Positions 29,407 to 44,466 of a DNA stretch of 64,000 bases are shown here, in pieces. A program made the position numbers and the translations under genes. Every line of letters begins with the position of its first letter. The stretch's first letter is position 1. The DNA comes from Eledone cirrhosa (taxonomy: Eukaryota). The stretch is from contig OZ024743.1 of NCBI GenBank assembly GCA_964016885.1, forward strand, positions 273,358,001 to 273,422,000. The letters run 5' to 3'. Below the pieces are notes generated by a model. That model saw only the letters and a program-made list of their open reading frames with translations, was not told where the DNA came from and ran no database searches.

Positions 29407-32400
29407 TTTATAAATATATATATATTCCATCCCATATGAGTTTTCGGCATTAATATTAATGTTCCTAATTGGTCTCGAAAGCTACAGAATCTAGTTCAGA
29501 CAATTCTAGAAATATCGTCATACGACACATAATAGATGATCAAAGAAATGGACCAAAACTAGTCATGAAACAGGTCACCGTACCAGAGGGCTCAACGATT
29601 TCGAGGCTCAAAGATGTCTGTTATATTATATCCTTCACCCTCTTTAAATGATATGGGTCATTCCTTCTCTCATCGCTAATCTTCTGTTTCTGTTTGATAG
29701 TACTTCTTTATGTGAAGGCACGTGACTTAGTGGTTAGGAGGATTGGCTCACTATTGTGAGGAATGATTTCGATTCCAGATGACTTTGATCGACACACGTT
29801 ATTTTATTTCTCGGTGTTCTAGTTAACACAAGTGGGAAAACTTCAAACGGGCAGCCATGTCACCGAGAATTGCGTAATGATTACACAGTTAAATGGAATG
29901 ACTAGCCACATGCGCGACACTTTCAGACGCAGGTTTGTTCGTGGGTTAGCCATATAGTACACTCGTCGTTGGAACAAATAGATAACAAACACCCACTTTT
30001 GTAATCATATTTGTAATTGCCTGAGAGGAAATGAAGAATAGGAATTTGTGCAAGAAGATTTACGCAACGTATTTCCTTGTAACGCATTTCGCTGGGGCTA
30101 CTTAGTTACCTGTATAAATTGAAGCAGAATATATCCGAAATTCTCTTCCCTCCTTACACATGATCAGGGACATATTTGCTTTTTAAATATTATTATGGAG
30201 CTAACATTTTGATCAGACTAGCTAAAAGAATAATTGAACATATTCATTGAAAAAAATCTGGACTCAATAATGAAAGATAATGAACCACTCATATATCATA
30301 CAATGTAACCAGTTCACAGATGAAGAGATCAAAAGAATGACACTTTTTAATTTAGTTTTCTAACTCCATACTTGGAAGAGGTATGATAGATTTAGAAATG
30401 TGATTGATATAGGTACAGTGCTTACGTTTATGACAAAGCAGCATAACAATCAGGAGATGTATATTTAACGGTAGCGAAATTGTACAAACATGTCAGTATA
30501 ATAACGAGAAAACGGATTTTAGGAGTTGGTTATTTGTTTGTCTGAAGCAAAGAAATTATTTGTGTATAATACTATTCTTGCTTCGACATTATCGATTCTT
30601 TGTCACAGAGCTAAATGAGATTAACGAGTTATCTACACTGGGATTATCAATCAGCATTGCCTGCTACCCCTTTTGTAATTTCATGTTACGTATCACTGAA
30701 TTCACTGTCATTTGACCTATGCCACTTCTGGATTTTGATTGATGATAGATATTGCTTTAACATTGTCTGAGTGTAGTACCATGTCACTGAATTTCAAATA
30801 TATCCAGGAGAACAACTGCTGAAGTGTTACGATATTTAACGTAACCTACAAGATAAGTAAGGTTGGCTCATGTGTCAAATCCAAACAATATTTAGTAGTT
30901 TTAACAAGAAATAGTTCTACCTATGTAATTTACATATACACTCAGCTGATGACGATAATGCCATGGGAAACTACTATCATACATCACAAATTATTAATTA
31001 CGTAGTACATGTAGATTTCAGTTCTGAAGAAAATATATTATTTGGAGAGGCAAATGTTTTAAAATAAGACTATGGACGTTTTTGTTAGAATCATTATCTT
31101 TTCCAGTATATTTACAAATTAACACATTTTATAATAAACTATTAATGTACCTCTGTCCAAATATTAACTAAGATTTGATAGTCTTTAATATCTTCATCAT
31201 AATTTCCAGACACATCCTCATCTATTTGATACTATGATGAAAATATCTTTCTTAATATTTCTCACTCTCAAAAATACGTATTCGCTGTCTTTTAAGAGTG
31301 GGGAAGATATAGTTGATCGCCCAAATTGTTAGGGTACCACTTTTAAGTCAGGCTATGTCAAGTTTATTTAATATTGCCAGTACCCCGTCATAAGGTGAGA
31401 TCGAGTAAATGATTAGCTTTTTTCCTGTGCTAACGAGAAAGTACCAGTAGCTTAGTAAATATGACTTTCAACAGTGGCTGAGTTGTTATTCCTGGTGTTT
31501 GTAACATCTACAAAAATATCTCAGTAGGTAGTTCATAAATATAATTCTTTTGACTTTTAAATTCGTTATCTATAAACAAATGAATTGGATATTAAAAAGA
31601 AAGCATTAATACATGTGTAAAAAAGATTGAAAAAAATGAAGGATTCATTATTCCAAAATATAAAAAATAAAATGAACTTCTTGGCTACTTGTTAAATTTA
31701 CGTTCAAGGGATTTAGTATCCCACAGATATTCATGTAATACTCAATGAGATTACATGTGATTCAGTGTATAATAAAGTTGTCCTTTTGAATTAAAAGTAA
31801 CAGTTTATCTGCTGAGCATACGCGAAGGTTTTGTTTGCGCAATTTTACTCATACATTATCAGTCAACCTGAAGTGAGGCGAAAATATATTTGCTTACGGT
31901 TCTATAAACATCCTTGGCGATGCAGCTTCGATCAAATAATATTAAATATGATAGCATATAAGAGGGATAATATATGACAACATGACATATAAAATAGCTA
32001 CATCTTGCATATAATAATAAAAATTTTAACAGTACATGGCGGTGAAATTATAAACGAAGGGAATGATGGTGTGATATTAACTCTTCATAAGAGATTTAGC
32101 AGTGTGTAACGGATATTAAATTTAAAAACTTCTCATGAATCCCTGGGAGCTACCGCTCAAGCCAGCAGTTCGTCTATTTCTGTGTATATTATAATTTGTC
32201 ATGCTGCAAGAGAAGTGAAATAGTTCCAATTGGGAAAACAGAACTTGGATTGGATACACATCAATTTCCTGAAACCGATGTTTCTGTTGTATTTTAGAAT
32301 AAACGCTGAAGCAGATGAAGGCAGATAACTTCTTATTGCAAATGAGTTACTATTGAAAGAAATATTGACTTCAGAGAACTAGAAGATGTGATGGGTTTGT

Positions 32401-34022
32401 AGGAAAAGATGTAGTAGAGAAGGTGCAGTTACATAATTCTGGTATCCATTAATCAAATTCACATTGATGAAATGCACAATATGTGGTATTTGAGTCCGGT
32501 ATGTAAAATAAATTATCACCATTGCTGATGACTCAGACACCTATCGTTTATTGCAGCTTATACTATTAGATTAAATGAAATCTTGAACTGAAGTATATAT
32601 CTATAGATTTAAATTAACACTGTATTAATTAGATAGACAGATATAAACAAACACCTCGTCTTTACGTATCAGTCTGACAATGGGCAAAGGGAAATGTTTC
32701 AATAACTTGTTTCAGCTACTGTGAATACACATTTACTGTCGACGGCGATAGAGTTTATGAAACCGATAACACAAAAGGGGTAAATAAATTAGATAAACAA
32801 ATTCGTATACATAATGAATTATCAAAAGCAATTTCGATTAATATTTAGCGAGTGCGTTACAAGCTGTGCTTGACTACTATACTATTCTACACAATATATC
32901 AATAAATATGTATTCCTCAACATTGTATATATAATAGACCTTTAGTTTTCTATCAACATAAATACTGTATATAAAAACAAGATGATTATATTTGTCTATA
33001 GAAACAGTTATGAGAGCTATCATTTTTACAGATACATTATTTAGTGCAGTACAACATTGAAAGAAATCAAGTGTAGGGTTGGAGTAAGAAATCTGGAGCT
33101 GGAACGTAAATAGTGAGTAAGAAGTACCGTCATAAGATAAGGGGATTGAATTAGTCTCATCAATAAATATAATTTGGACAAGTTGTGGTGTAAAAAGAAA
33201 AAAATAACCACGTGTACATGTTATTGAAGCGGTGAATTAACAAAGTCGTTAGAACGTCAGATAGCCTGCTTTGTGATATTCGTTCCAGATCTATGCGCTC
33301 TGTGTCCAAACAGCATCGAGGGTAACGTTGCATTTCATCATTTGGAGGTTGATAAACATCTTTAAGTGTTCGGTTCTCGTCTTTCACTGTATTCTTTTCT
33401 CACATACCCACTCTCTCTTTCTCTGGAAGGAATAGGCTGTATTCAAATCGAGAGAGGACGACCCTAACCAGATTTAAATACTCAAGATACGCTACAACGT
33501 ATATCCCCTCGGCGCTCATAGAGTTAAGTTAAGTGCACATGAATGTAATTCGTGTTGTTCTTGCTATCATTGCTAGCAACTCTAATCAAGCATAATTATA
33601 AATCAAGGGTGTCTCAGACATGATCAACCAGGCAAGGTATTCATCCTTTATAAAAAAAAAGGTATAATTTGAGGAAAATAAGTTGCTATTTCTAACAGGT
33701 TGAGCGACCTCGTAGAGGCTCCCGCGTGTAGATATAGTTCAGCGCTGTAAGCAGCGTGATTACTGTATAATTAATGAGTACCTCGTTAGCTTGCAGTGTT
33801 GAGTTCGATTCTCCTAACGGCATCAAAAAATAACTCAACTACAGAGCTTCAGACCAGTATCCTGTATTCTCAAAATACTAATATGTAGAAATTGCGTCTC
33901 TAAGAGACAAAGAGGGAGCTTCTTTGTGGTCACTTGAGCTGCAAGACATAGCAGCAGAATCACCCCCAACTAGACGGATTTATTTTGAGGAATATATCAA
34001 CCATGTACCCATATGTCTTTCT

Positions 34023-34096
<74 letters not shown>

Positions 34097-34181
34097 CTCT
34101 CGATACATGCAAACACAGACAGACACACTCACACATACATACATAGGCACACACGCACGCACACACGCACACGCACACACA

Positions 34182-34285
<104 letters not shown>

Positions 34286-34370
34286 AAAGTTTTATTTAAA
34301 ATTGTTGGGTTACAACGAGTAAATATTTTATAACTGATATAAAAGCACTCAACAGTATTTGGAGTAGGTT

Positions 34371-35133
34371 TACGATATTAAACAAATGGAAACTATATTT
34401 ATAAAACCAGATTTATTTCGTTATATATATTTCTGGGATATCATATTAAAAATATGGTATGCCTTCCTCAGACAAAATACAATATATAAGCTGTTTTATA
34501 AATAATTTTGACATACCTTATAATAATGCAACTTCCATTTAAAAAGTTGATTTGGTAGTGAAACTGTTATGACAGTTATATAGAAAGAAAAACGAAGATG
34601 AAAAGAAGATGAAGAGATGTATGTAAATAAAAAAGAAGAAGATGAAGAGATGTATGTAAAGAAAAACAACAGAGCGAGATAGAGAGAGAAGGAGATGTGG
34701 GAGAGAGAAATACATTGAGGAAGTGAAAAAATATAGTAGGCAGCTTTTGGACAGATGATCATCGTATATGTGAGAGGTTAAGGAGGGAAGGGATACAGTT
34801 AAAATAGCCGACACATAAATCACGTCCAGTGTAGAGGAGAAAAAGAAAGATGATATATTTAAAATATATTAAAAATATATTATGTCTCATCCATTTGAAT
34901 TATCAATTTTTATGAATTAGGTATATAACTGTCATAACAGTTTCACTACCAAATCAACTTTTTAAATGGAAGTTGCATTATTATAAGGTATGTCAAAATT
35001 ATTTATAAAACAGCTTATATATTGTATTTTGTCTGAGGAAGGCATACCATATTTTTAATATGATATCCCAGAAATATATATAACGAAATAAATATGGTTT
35101 TATAAATATAGTTTCCATTTGTTTAATATCGTA
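34371..35133. mobile_element. Truncated PLE-type 3' end with inverted copy (212-bp arms 34371-34582 / 34922-35133); intact HHR in both arms (34415-34478 -, 35026-35089 +)
   Basis: Near-perfect inverted repeat; attttgt-CTGAGGA-aggcataccatatt-tt-taatatgatatccca-GAAA-TATATA-TA-acgaaat; purine-rich spacer resembles an antisense 3' UTR; ends at (TA)n. Confidence 0.85.
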
Positions 35134-35245
35134 TATATATATATATATAACCAAGAACAAAGATGAACTAGTACACACCAGGCTACTCATAACAAATCTA
35201 ACTGTCGAAACGTCCGGAGCTGGGCCGTCGGGATCCTGACATTTA

Positions 35246-35284
<39 letters not shown>

Positions 35285-36685
35285 CAATGAAGTTTAATTA
35301 GTAGATGATAGTTTACATCATTTATGTTTTACACAATCGTTGTGAACAGAAAGCTCCATGAGTAAGATGACATGAACAAAAATAAAATTTACTCATGCAG
35401 TTTATATATCGACAGTCGATCGACGTTCATCAAATATGACCGAGGAAACAATGTTTATATTGGTCTTTCCAATTGCTAATACTATCTATCGGTTGCAAAT
35501 CTAGGTAGAAGGAGCGACGTGAAATAAAGTTTATTGCCCAAAATATATTGCCCAAAGTATATTGCCGAAAAGAATTCAAAACTGAGCATAAATCTGGACA
35601 ACAGCTTATGCGCCGACATAAACCACGTTATGTTTATGTTGCGGCGTTTTTATTTATATGGAAATATAACTGAATTTCCGAACTACAAGTTTCCCTGTTT
35701 CACATTGATACCGCTTCACAACAAGCACGCTCCCCCCCCCCCCCCCCGCTTCATATAATATTACCACAGGATTCTTTCACTTTCTTTCGTTCTGTATTCC
35801 TCATTCTCTTTCTTATATATTTTCTCTACTCATATCTATTCTTCTTTCACTGTGTAACTCTTTTTTCTTTTTTTTATCTTCCTCATCCGATTCCTTTCCT
35901 ACACATGGGATGTTGTCTCTTCTTATGCCCATTTATTTCTCTTTTTACATCTCTTTTGTCTGTCCTCCAATCTCCGACTATCTATCTATCCATCTATCTA
36001 TCTATCTAATTGTATATCTACGTCGACTTCCTAATTTTTCTATTAATGTTCAGATTTATACATGAACTGTTTCCTTTTATTGAACAATATTTTAAAATTG
36101 CAATTTAAAAAATTGTTAAAAATATAGACAACGAAAAGAAAAAGAAAACTTGAGCATGAGTAAGATACAAACTCTCATCCCTTAACCGAACGGTATATCT
36201 CTTTGACATTGTCACACGGATTTGATACTTCCATTCCAAAATCATTTACGGCTTATATTTCATGAATCCCGCATGTTTACAATTGCCCTTTCTCATATAG
36301 TCAAAGAGCATCGATAGTTAACGATAGTTTCATTCTTAATTTATTAGCAATAATAAGCAAATTATACTTATCGTCTTAAATGCACCCATAATAATCCTAG
36401 ACATATAATCCATAGTAATCCTAGACATATTCTTCAAAAGCGAAGGGTAGTCATGGCAGAAATGACTTTAATGAAAGACACTCCAGAATATGTAGGTTTC
36501 CACCTTATTAAACTTAAAATTGTCGTTCTTTCAGTTTCAATTTCTTATTCTTGTTTTATTTTATGCAGCGAAAAATAAACATGAAACATACGCACACATA
36601 CATACATGCATACATAGATACGTACATACATACATACATACGTACATACATACATACATATATACAAACATACATACATACATAA

Positions 36686-39600
36686 TCAGTCAACGCGATC
36701 AGTCGCATATTTTGGCGTGGGAGACTATTTAATAAATTTAAGATGAATACTATCTCCGACAGTAATGTCACAACTACAGCCAGGTTGAATAACTGGTTAT
36801 TCTTCTAACTATCCCTTCTGAAGACACCTTTTATTCGAATTTGTAGAGATATCCGACTAAATACATAATTCATTTTACAAGGATTTGCTACAAACAGCAT
36901 GGCTGAACACAACATCAACAAGAAAGTATCGAAGACAAATAACAAAGATGGTAATCAAACTTTATTCAGTTGTAGCTACAGAAGAAACCGAAATTATAAA
37001 TCGCATTTCTCTTGGAGTTGCGAACTTAATAATGATTTATTTAATTGTTATAAAATGGCAAAAAACAATCCCTCCATTGGCTATATGAATAGGATGAAGC
37101 TACACTGGGACGAAATGCACCCAGAGCTAAATTATTTCACAGCGAAACAATTGCGCCAACAAGCGACGTTTGTTGAAGGTAAAAATAAGATATATATTAT
37201 TAATTGTAAGTCCCCCACAACAAACATGGAATCAACAACACGTGCTACAGATCGCCATGCTACTAGACTTCCTAGCAGCCAGGTCGAACAGCGCCTTGAA
37301 ACAACTATGCCTGTACCATCTAAGTCTACCTCGAATGCTGGGGAAAACACTATCGATAATAATAATAATCGAATAAATAATAATAATAATCGAATAAATG
37401 TGACACCACGTATACCATCTGAGTCTACGTCGACTGTTGTGGAAAATACTATCGATAATGATAATCAAAAGTATAAACAATTGAAAATTTCCCTCAACGA
37501 AATCTTCCAGAGAGAAATTAACTCATGTATAAATATCTCTCTGGCTGAACGTGTTAAAATGACAATGGTGAATAAAAAACCAAATAATGAAATACTACGT
37601 GTTATTGACGAAATAGGGGATGACTATTACGACGGATAAAAACCCCAACATTTTGGCAAATCAACGCCTGATTATATGCCTTAGCAATGACAGTGAAGCA
37701 TTATCTTGGTGATTGCAGAGATATTAACAAGAACAAAACACCACCAAAAATACCATCATATATAACTAAAATAGAAAAAAAGAGTGCTGACATACGAAAA
37801 AACATAGGACATGTGATAATGCTCCTCACATGCAAACAAACATAAAAAAAACCTCACTCCTCACCAACAAAGAGTGAAAAATAAAATAGAGACGATGTTT
37901 GGTAACAGTAGAACCAGAACCATCCAATATAAGCTGATCACCCTCAAACAAGAATTGAGAGCTGTTAGCGAAAAACGCCGATACCTGAAGAAGGTAGATG
38001 AGAGAAAAATGCCTAATAAAAGATTCAGATGAAACCAAACATCAGTCTATAGAGATATGAAGGGCAAAATAATAAGTGTCACTGAGGCCCCATCCCAGAA
38101 AGACATAGATTCCTTTTGGAGAAAAATATGGGTTGAAAAGAAGAATTTCAACCAAGATGCAGTGTGGCTAAGAGAAATCCGAAAGAACTATTGCTCCTAC
38201 ACTACAACAAAAACATACGAAATAAGTGAGGGTACCCTTGAGACTGTGATAGGAAAACTCCAAGATAAGAAAACACCAGGAAGAGACATGATTGTCGGCT
38301 ACTGGTACAAAAAACTAATATTCTATCGGAGGTATCTTACTGACCTCTACCAACAAGTTCTTAAGGGAGATACACTTATACCAGAATGGTTGACATTAGC
38401 ACAATCGTTACTGGTCCCCAAGAACAAAGACTCCCACTTGGCAAAAAACTACCGACCCATTGCATGCCAGAACCTGATGTATAAGATGTATATAGCCTGC
38501 CTGAGCTTATTCCTCCAAGATCACTGTGAAAATGATAACATCATCACAGATGAACAAGCAGCTGGAAAGAAAAGGGTTTGGGGATGTACTGAACAACTCC
38601 TAATCAACAAAACTGCGATGTCGGAGGTGCGACAACTTAGGAGGAATATGACTACAGTCTGGCTGGACTACAAGAAATCTTTCGATTCTGTTCCCCACTC
38701 TTGGATGATAGAGGCCCTCCAACTTGGTAAAGTCCCAGACATTATTGTCAGAGCCATAGAGAGGCTGTCTTCTTCTTGGGCTACTATCCTAAGGTTAAAG
38801 ACAGAGAGGGAGGACTCTATTTTCACTGATAAAATAAAATATTGCAGGGGTATATTTCAGGGGGACAGTCTCTCTGTGATATTGTTCATCTTGTCATTAA
38901 ACCCCTTGTCCTTTCTGCTCAAGAAATGTGAGGGATACATCATTGGCTCACAGGAGGACAGGAATACGAACCTAACCCATAACTTCTATGTGGACGATCT
39001 GAAACTCTATTCCAAGAACATGGATGGGATGAAGAAAGACCTGGACCTGGTTACAACGTTCTCAAAGGATATAGGAATGGAGTTTGGCCAAGATAAATGC
39101 TCATACATGACTGTAAAGCGGGGAAAAACAACAACCCAATCTAGCAACATTGTCATCAATGGTCTAACTGTTTCACCGATATCTGATGAGGACTGCTACA
39201 GATACCTGGGGATAGATGAGAACATATCCTATAATGGTATCTGTAATAAAGAACCCGTAACCAGGGAATACTACACCCGATTAAGAAAGATCTGGTCATC
39301 GGAACTCTCTGCGCAAAACAAAACAGTGGCTCACAATGTGTTTGCTGTGCCTGTCCTAACACCAACGTTTGGAATACTCAATTGGACGATAGACGAAATC
39401 CGAGCAGTTGATGTTGGATCTCGAAAAATACTGAACAATACCGGAAATTTCCACATCAACAGTGACATAGACCGCCTTTACTTGAAAAGTAGGCAGGGAG
39501 GCAGAGGCCTAACATCAGTCCAGACAACATTTGAATGTCGCATCATATCTCCCCGACAACATCTACGAACCTCGAAGCGTAGGAGCCTGCTTCTCGAGCA

Positions 39601-40789
39601 AGTCTATCTGCATGAAACATAAGATCATGAGAGTTGGGAAGGAACTCCTTGAGAGATATTCCCCGTGTGATAATCAAAAACTCACACCCAGGGATGTCGC
39701 TCAGCAGTATCGCAGTGAATCCATGGATGAAAAACTGCATGCCTATCAGCAAAAAATCATGCATGGATATGTTGCCAGGAGGCTCCAGAGTGAGAGTAAT
39801 ATAGATAAGGAAAGTAGTCTATCTTGAACCAACAACCGCTATATTGGCTCCCACTTTGAAGGATACGCTTTTGAAATCCAAGAACAGGAGATTAGCACGA
39901 AATACTTGATTCACAAAAGAGATAGGGATGCAGGCAAAACACCTAGATGTGATAACAAGTGCAGACTCTGCAGAACTAACATCGAGGATATCACCCATGT
40001 CATCAGCAGCTGCCCAAAGATGTCATCGCCTTACTATCTACCTATGAGGCATGATGTAGTGGCCAAAACACTGTACAATGCAGTTCGTAAAGCAGATAGC
40101 CCCGATAATAAACACATTAAAAGCTACAACAATGTGGAAGATATCCATGTACATAATATGAAAGAGTACTGGTGGAGTGTTCCAGTAAAAACCCCAATAA
40201 AATGCAGGCATAACAGATCAGATATTATGATATGGGACAGGCAGAAGAAAACATGCACAGTAGTGGAAATTAGCTGCCCAGCAGCTGCCAATATAACATC
40301 AAAGATTAGTGAAAAGGAGAATATTTATGCAGAACTGATGAGAAATCTGAAGATACTCCACCATGATTACACCTTCAGATTCATGCCTGTGATTATTGGG
40401 GCACGGGGATATGTTAGTAACTGCCTCAATACAAATCTTGAGAAGCTAGGCTTCACAGGAACAGAAAGAACACAACTCGTTAGGAAATTACAAGTACAAT
40501 CCATTAATGGAACAGTAAAAATATGTAAAACATTCCAAAAATATTGCATCTAATAACTGCATATACACATGTACAGATACAAAGCATATACACATGCACA
40601 CATACAACTCAAAACATCCACATCCACACATACAATAACATCCATATCTACACATGCATCCATGCAGATATACATACATATCTACATAGTTCATGTTGTG
40701 TAAATTCCAAAGAGAGAGTCTTGTGTCTATGTTAGAAACCGACTCTCTCTCTATTGGTAAAGCTTTGTGAAATTATAAAACCAGAAGAA
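36686..40789 (+). mobile_element. Near full-length R4/Dong-clade RLE non-LTR retrotransposon inserted in a (CATA)n microsatellite; ORF broken by stops and frameshifts
   Basis: ORF pieces 36899-37639, 38057-39622, 39906-40553: YRPIACQNLMYK, WLDYKKSFDSVPHSW, GIFQGDSLS, FYVDDLKLY, YRYLG, GGRGL, CRLC..EDITHVISSC, RHD, RSDIMI..VVEISCP; (CATA)n on both sides. Confidence 0.9.
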
Positions 40790-40791
40790 CA

Positions 40792-40822
<31 letters not shown>

Positions 40823-41091
40823 GTACATTCATACATACATACACACTTACATGCATATACATACATACATATAAATATATGTCGTGACGTATTCTATTCT
40901 ATAGCGATTAGGTCTTCAAAATGTTTATTATAAACATACAGAATATTTTCGAATATTCTATGTCTATATTCACATATATATCGCTATTTCAGAGCATTTA
41001 TTCCAATTTCTAATTTCTGCCGGACCGGCAACCGCTCTTTCAAACCAGTTCCTGTACACAGCTAAGTATTCTATAAGTCTCTAGCTGTGTC

Positions 41092-41180
41092 ATTCTCGAT
41101 AAAAGCACTGGATATGTAGTCCTGATGATTTCTAACAAGAATGAAACGCGTAGATTACTTCCCTTGCTTTTATCGAGAAT
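41092..41180 (+). ncRNA. Type I hammerhead ribozyme, unit 1 (predicted cleavage after GUA, 41152)
   Basis: attctcgataaaagca..gtagtc-CTGATGA(41122-28)-t-ttct-aaca-agaa-t-GAAA-CGCG-TA-gattac..tgcttttatcgagaat; 6-bp proximal and perfect 16-bp distal stem I; palindromic ACGCGT stem III. Confidence 0.9.
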
Positions 41181-41401
41181 CTAATTGTAATACGTGACGT
41201 ATTCTATTCTATAGCGATTAGGTCTTCAAAATGTTTATTATAAACATACAGAATATTTTCGAATATTCTATGTCTATATTCACATATATATCGCTATTTC
41301 AGAGCATTTATTCCAATTTCTAATTTCTGCCGGACCGGCAACCGCTCTTTCAAACCAGTTCCTGTACACAGCTAAGTATTCTATAAGTCTCTAGCTGTGT
41401 C

Positions 41402-41490
41402 ATTCTCGATAAAAGCACTGGATATGTAGTCCTGATGATTTCTAACAAGAATGAAACGCGTAGATTACTTCCCTTGCTTTTATCGAGAAT
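41402..41490 (+). ncRNA. Type I hammerhead ribozyme, unit 2 (predicted cleavage after 41462)
   Basis: Identical to 41092-41180, offset by 310 bp. Confidence 0.9.
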
Positions 41491-41629
41491 CTAATTGTAA
41501 TACGTGACGTATTCTATTCTATAGCGATTAGGTCTTCAAAATGTTTATTATAAACATACAGAATATTTTCGAATATTCTATGTCTATATTCACATATATA
41601 TCGCTATTTCAGAGCATTTATTCCAATTT

Positions 41630-41793
<164 letters not shown>

Positions 41794-42256
41794 TATATAT
41801 ATATATATATATATATATAATTCAATAAACAAGAGAGATGAACACTAATATAAATATTCTTCACACGTTGTCCACACATCTGGAAACACCTCTTATATAA
41901 ATACTATGCTCCGGATTGAATTACAGTAACATCCTAATTTTCTTATCAACTAGAAACTTTTCGGACTTTTGCAGTAACTCCCTTACACCTCTCACACGCT
42001 TCTTAGTATTGCCTGCGTGAAGTGATCGTTTCTGCGCATGCGCGTTCGTATGGTTGACCTTCCTGTTCCGTATAACCATGTCCATTACGAGCTGACGATC
42101 CGCTAAGGTGAACTAACTGTTGTGTAACCACTTCTACCTAACTCGTCCCATGGACTGAGTGCTCTATCATCTCGGATATTACCTTCCAGTGTTCTACCAA
42201 TATATATATATATATGTGGAGGAAATTGTAGTTTACGTGAAGCATGCGTAATGAGG

Positions 42257-42724
42257 TATAAACATTTGGAGTTGGAAGGCCAAAACAATGCAGGTATGGA
42301 TATAGAACATAAATACAAATGCAAAAGATATTGCTGACAATTAGTCTTTAACCTCAAATTTATTAGAATATCCTTAATTTTCAAGATAATATCTCTTCTT
42401 CGGAGGGAAGTAAAGGGGTCAATCCAGTGTTCTAATTAGATTGCCAACTCATGCTGACAGGAAATGGTATGGAATTTCCATTCTATTTCTTATGACATTA
42501 GAAATAGAATGGAATTTCTATACCATTTCCTGTCAGCATGACTTGGCAAGCTTATTAGAACACTGGATTAACCTCTTTACTCCGAAGCAGAGATATTATC
42601 TCGAAAATTAAGGATAGTCTAATAAATTTAAGGTAAAAGACTAATTGTCAGCAATATCTTTTGCGTTTGTATTTATATTCTATATCCATACCTGCATTGT
42701 TTTGGGCTTCTAACTCCAAATGTT

Positions 42725-42728
<4 letters not shown>
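42257..42728. mobile_element. Fold-back element, ~230-bp arms, 9-nt loop, with variant HHR (42371-42408, - strand)
   Basis: 42257-42490 reverse-complements 42500-42728 with moderate divergence; cct-CCGAAGA-agagat-att-atctt-GAAA-AT-TA-agg; ends at (TA)n. Confidence 0.8.
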
Positions 42729-42790
<62 letters not shown>

Positions 42791-44396
42791 TGTGTGTGTG
42801 TGCGTGTGATGATGACGATGAAAATGTAATAGTCGAACCTCGAGTAATTTCAACAATTAAATTTTCCAACGGCGATATTTTTCACAGCATCTGGTATATA
42901 AATAAAATGGGAAAATATACATGTACATTGCATTATACTCTAAATATATAATTGATAGCTTCATTAGGGTTAAGATATCAGATTCATAAACAAGGGAAAT
43001 GAGTTAAATTCGTGACGAATGGCTGAATCAAAATTCTTTTGAGTGTCAATGGAAAATGAATTACAACATGGGTTTATATGTAAACTAGGTCTAAGATTTA
43101 GTTTGGTTATAGATTCCTCTGTAGAGATAGCTGCGTGTAAATAATTCTAATTCAAAATTAACTGTCGAAACTGTAGAGTGCTGATAATTAACACTTTGTA
43201 ACAGAATTAAAATTGCTTTACGTGGGGGTCTGTTTTACTATAACAGAAAGGTTTAACCGAAAAGGGTGCAAATAATATGATATAAAATTAAGAACAATGG
43301 AAGGCAATCCAATTGCTTCTTGTGACAGGATCCTTTAACGAGAGTCATTCAGTATAAAATATGTATGTACGTGTATATAAGTTATACTTTCTCTGAACTC
43401 CGAGAAAATAATATGCATAAAACTGTAAATCTCATAATATAATCTGAATGAGATTAATAAGCAAAGCATCCTTGATATCGCTTTTAGAACGATGACCATA
43501 CATTCTCCGAAACTTTGCATTTCATTTCAATACTATGATACAAAAGTATTGTATATACATGGCTTTTATATATAGACCTGTTTCAATTTGCATGCAAATC
43601 AATTCCATATCATATTACTAACATGGTTGCTGATTCTGAAAGGACAGTAAAGTACTTTAAATAAAGTACTTAACATTTTCCATGCATGTATATAAAGGAT
43701 TCTGACACAGATAATCTGTAAACTATGTTCGTTAGATTCACTACTGTGGTTTTATTATTAATCTCAACAATACAGAATTTCTTTTTACCAGCGGAATGGT
43801 CTATAATAGCGATGAGAAAAACATCATTTAGTTAAATTTACTGTACAAATACATTCACATTTATCGCTATTGGAAAATCGACTACTTACACGTTTCTAGC
43901 AAAATGATTTCTGATTAATTTTGTTTCTTTATTTTTGATTTCAATAACTGTATTTGAGTATGAAACATCATACCCTTTCATATAATTATTTGTAATGAAC
44001 ACGGCAGACAATATAAGTGGACATTGAGTAAACATTACTAAAAAAATGTATGGTGTAATGCAGAATTACTTCAAATTGAATCAATATCAATTGAAGATAA
44101 TAAATGAAATGTACATATGTATTAAGGTATGTGATGAAATACGACATCCATATATACACTTGTGTTACTTACAATAGTAAAACACACTGCCGATAACGAA
44201 TATTTTGTTAAAGAACTATACAGATATGCCATCAGATTACTGCTAAGATCGGCATAGAGTGCAGTTGGTAACGTAACTTCGCAAACTCAGACACGCGTAG
44301 CCGCATTCACAAACACACACACACACACACATACACGCACACACGCACACACACATACACACTCACACATACATGCACACACACGCACATACACGC

Positions 44397-44441
<45 letters not shown>

Positions 44442-44466
44442 TATATATATATAAATATAGCGGCGA

